From: Psammoneis japonica
Lineage: Eukaryota
DNA length: 64,000 nucleotides
NCBI GenBank assembly: GCA_008632985.1
Contig: QPGO01000061.1
Location: forward strand, 1 to 64,000
Direction of reading: 5' to 3'
Shown: positions 62,431 to 64,000 of the stretch, piece by piece
Position numbering within the stretch: the stretch's first letter is position 1
How the letters are laid out: every line of letters begins with the position of its first letter
Made by a program: the position numbers and the translations under genes
Notes under the pieces: generated by a model
The model's input: only the letters and a program-made list of their open reading frames with translations
Told to the model about the DNA's origin: nothing
Databases searched by the model: none

Positions 62431-63103
62431 ATGGTGATGCAGATTGTGGACAAGATGCTCAAGGCATGCTGCTCTGATGGCCTTCCTTTTATGCATGGAA
62501 AGGAGGACAAGAATGACAAACCGGAGCAGAAACCTGTTCAGACACAGCCGGTGCAAAAGAAAAAGCGAAAGTTCGATCCGGTGAATGCCGGTGGCAGCAA
62601 GCTGAGGTAAGGGGAGAAAGGGAAGAAATCTTGGAAAAACTCCTATAATAGAGATGTATTGAATGTGTCACGTAATTCACTTCTGTTGTGATTCATCGTG
62701 CAAATATAGCGGCAAGGCGACAAAATACGAAGACTACGATTGGGACCGCCTACCCAGGAACGCCAAGACCGCTGCTGGCAAACTCGGCTTTGACCAGGAG
62801 GCGTGGGATAACGAAGGATGGCCTGAATGCGAAGATAAGTGGTGGGAAGATCTCACGGTTGAGCAGAGAGCCGGGGCCGAAGAGCTAGGCTGGGACAAGG
62901 ACGCTTGGGATAACAAATACGAGGAGAAGAACTGGGATGACCTCCCACCAAAGGTGAAAGCAGCCGCCACCACTTTGGGTTTCTCCAAAGAAATGTGGGA
63001 TGGCGAAGAGTGGCCGGAGCTCGGGTGGTGGGACGAGATGACACCCGAGAATAGGTCAGCGGCCATGGTTCTTGGGTACACAAAGTACTACTGGGATGTC
63101 TAG
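62431..63103 (+). CDS. Trp-rich repeat protein (WxxL...AAxxLG...WD repeats), 2 exons
   Basis: Exon 62431-62606, intron gtaagg...atag 62607-62709, exon 62710-63103 in frame; four WxxL/M...LG...WD repeats. Confidence 0.8.
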
Positions 63104-63653
63104 AGCGCCATCACCCCCCCCCCAAGGCTAAATGTTATGAAACGAAGTCCTACCATTATGTGATAAATTTCTGAGGAGTCGTTCTGTACTGAGTTAGAAT
63201 ATGTTTTATGATAAAGAACTGCATTTAAACACTGATTTTCTATCTGCTTTTAACTCCTCGGAACAGCATGCAGGCACGACGGCACGACGACGATCCTGTC
63301 CTATTGGTGACAGGACAAAGCGCTTCTTGATGATACCGATCGTGGCATCTATAGTATGTATATTTGTTACTCGTTTATAATCTGTCACTAAAGTGCCGTC
63401 GGTTGGTCAGCATGATCGTTGCGGCTCTCTTGTGCATCCATTCGAATTGTTACGGTACACCTCTGTCATCCGACTGATCGTCCATCGGCATCGGTGTAAA
63501 ACACCGCATGTAAAGAACTGCTAGAAGACCCACCGCACTCGCGTCCTCGAAAATGGACTTACTGCTGAGGCAAAATCTATCGAACCACCCCTCCATTGGC
63601 AACCAAGTCAAGCTCTCAAGTTCAAGTTGCCGAATACTCTCTATTTAGCAAGG

Positions 63654-64000
63654 TCACCGAATATGATTTAGTTTGCCCTGTGAAGACAAGGTGCCGTAGA
63701 GCTCAACATTATCAGACAGTTCGCTACCCTGCTTCGACACGAGCGGAACAGCATCGCTGCCACGAGGAGTCTCTGACCACTCTGGGAGATAATTCTGTTC
63801 TCGAGCTCTTTGAGTAGAGGTTAGGAATTTGCGCCCCAAATAGTTCTTTTGCAGAGTCGCACAGGGAAACTCCACCAACAAGGCCAAGACAAACGCAATG
63901 ACAAAGCTCACCACCGTCACGGCAACATAATTCATGGCAATGGACAGCACGGAAAAACTAGCCTTTTGTGTATCGCTCAACTGCCACACAAAGAGGCAAA
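63654..64000 (-). CDS. C-terminus of a probable acyltransferase-3 family membrane protein (partial)
   Basis: Hydrophobic helix ending FVLALLVEFPCATLQK, typical of the family; open to the window edge. Confidence 0.6.
   Translation of the reverse strand, partial: CLFVWQLSDTQKASFSVLSIAMNYVAVTVVSFVIAFVLALLVEFPCATLQKNYLGRKFLTSTQRAREQNYLPEWSETPRGSDAVPLVSKQGSELSDNVELYGTLSSQGKLNHIR

Overview
Eukaryotic DNA, most likely from a diatom (CoDi-type copia elements, a Ngaro-type tyrosine-recombinase retroelement, compact genes with short GT-AG introns). The window alternates between two kinds of sequence. (1) Gene islands of ordinary composition hold two GT18/MGAT5-like glycosyltransferase genes, three paralogous secreted HYR-like + L-type lectin genes, a damaged 2OG-Fe(II) oxygenase, a BMT5/DUF2431-like methyltransferase, a Trp-repeat protein and an acyltransferase-3 C-terminus. 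(2) Transposon blocks hold two full-length copia elements with LTRs and TSDs, one nested in the Ngaro element, plus MITEs and older relics. The main observation is that the transposon blocks show a double-stranded mutation pattern in which TpA becomes TpG or CpA (A:T to G:C, the opposite direction to fungal RIP), alongside CpG decay. Conserved Tyr codons become Cys or His, and the TA sites that survive are mostly in YTAR context. The pattern spares near-identical duplicated host genes but extends into an RPF1 gene remnant next to a transposon block. This suggests a chromatin-guided adenine-mutating genome-defence process; the mechanism is inference. All alignments were done by eye, so boundaries of the degenerate relics are approximate.
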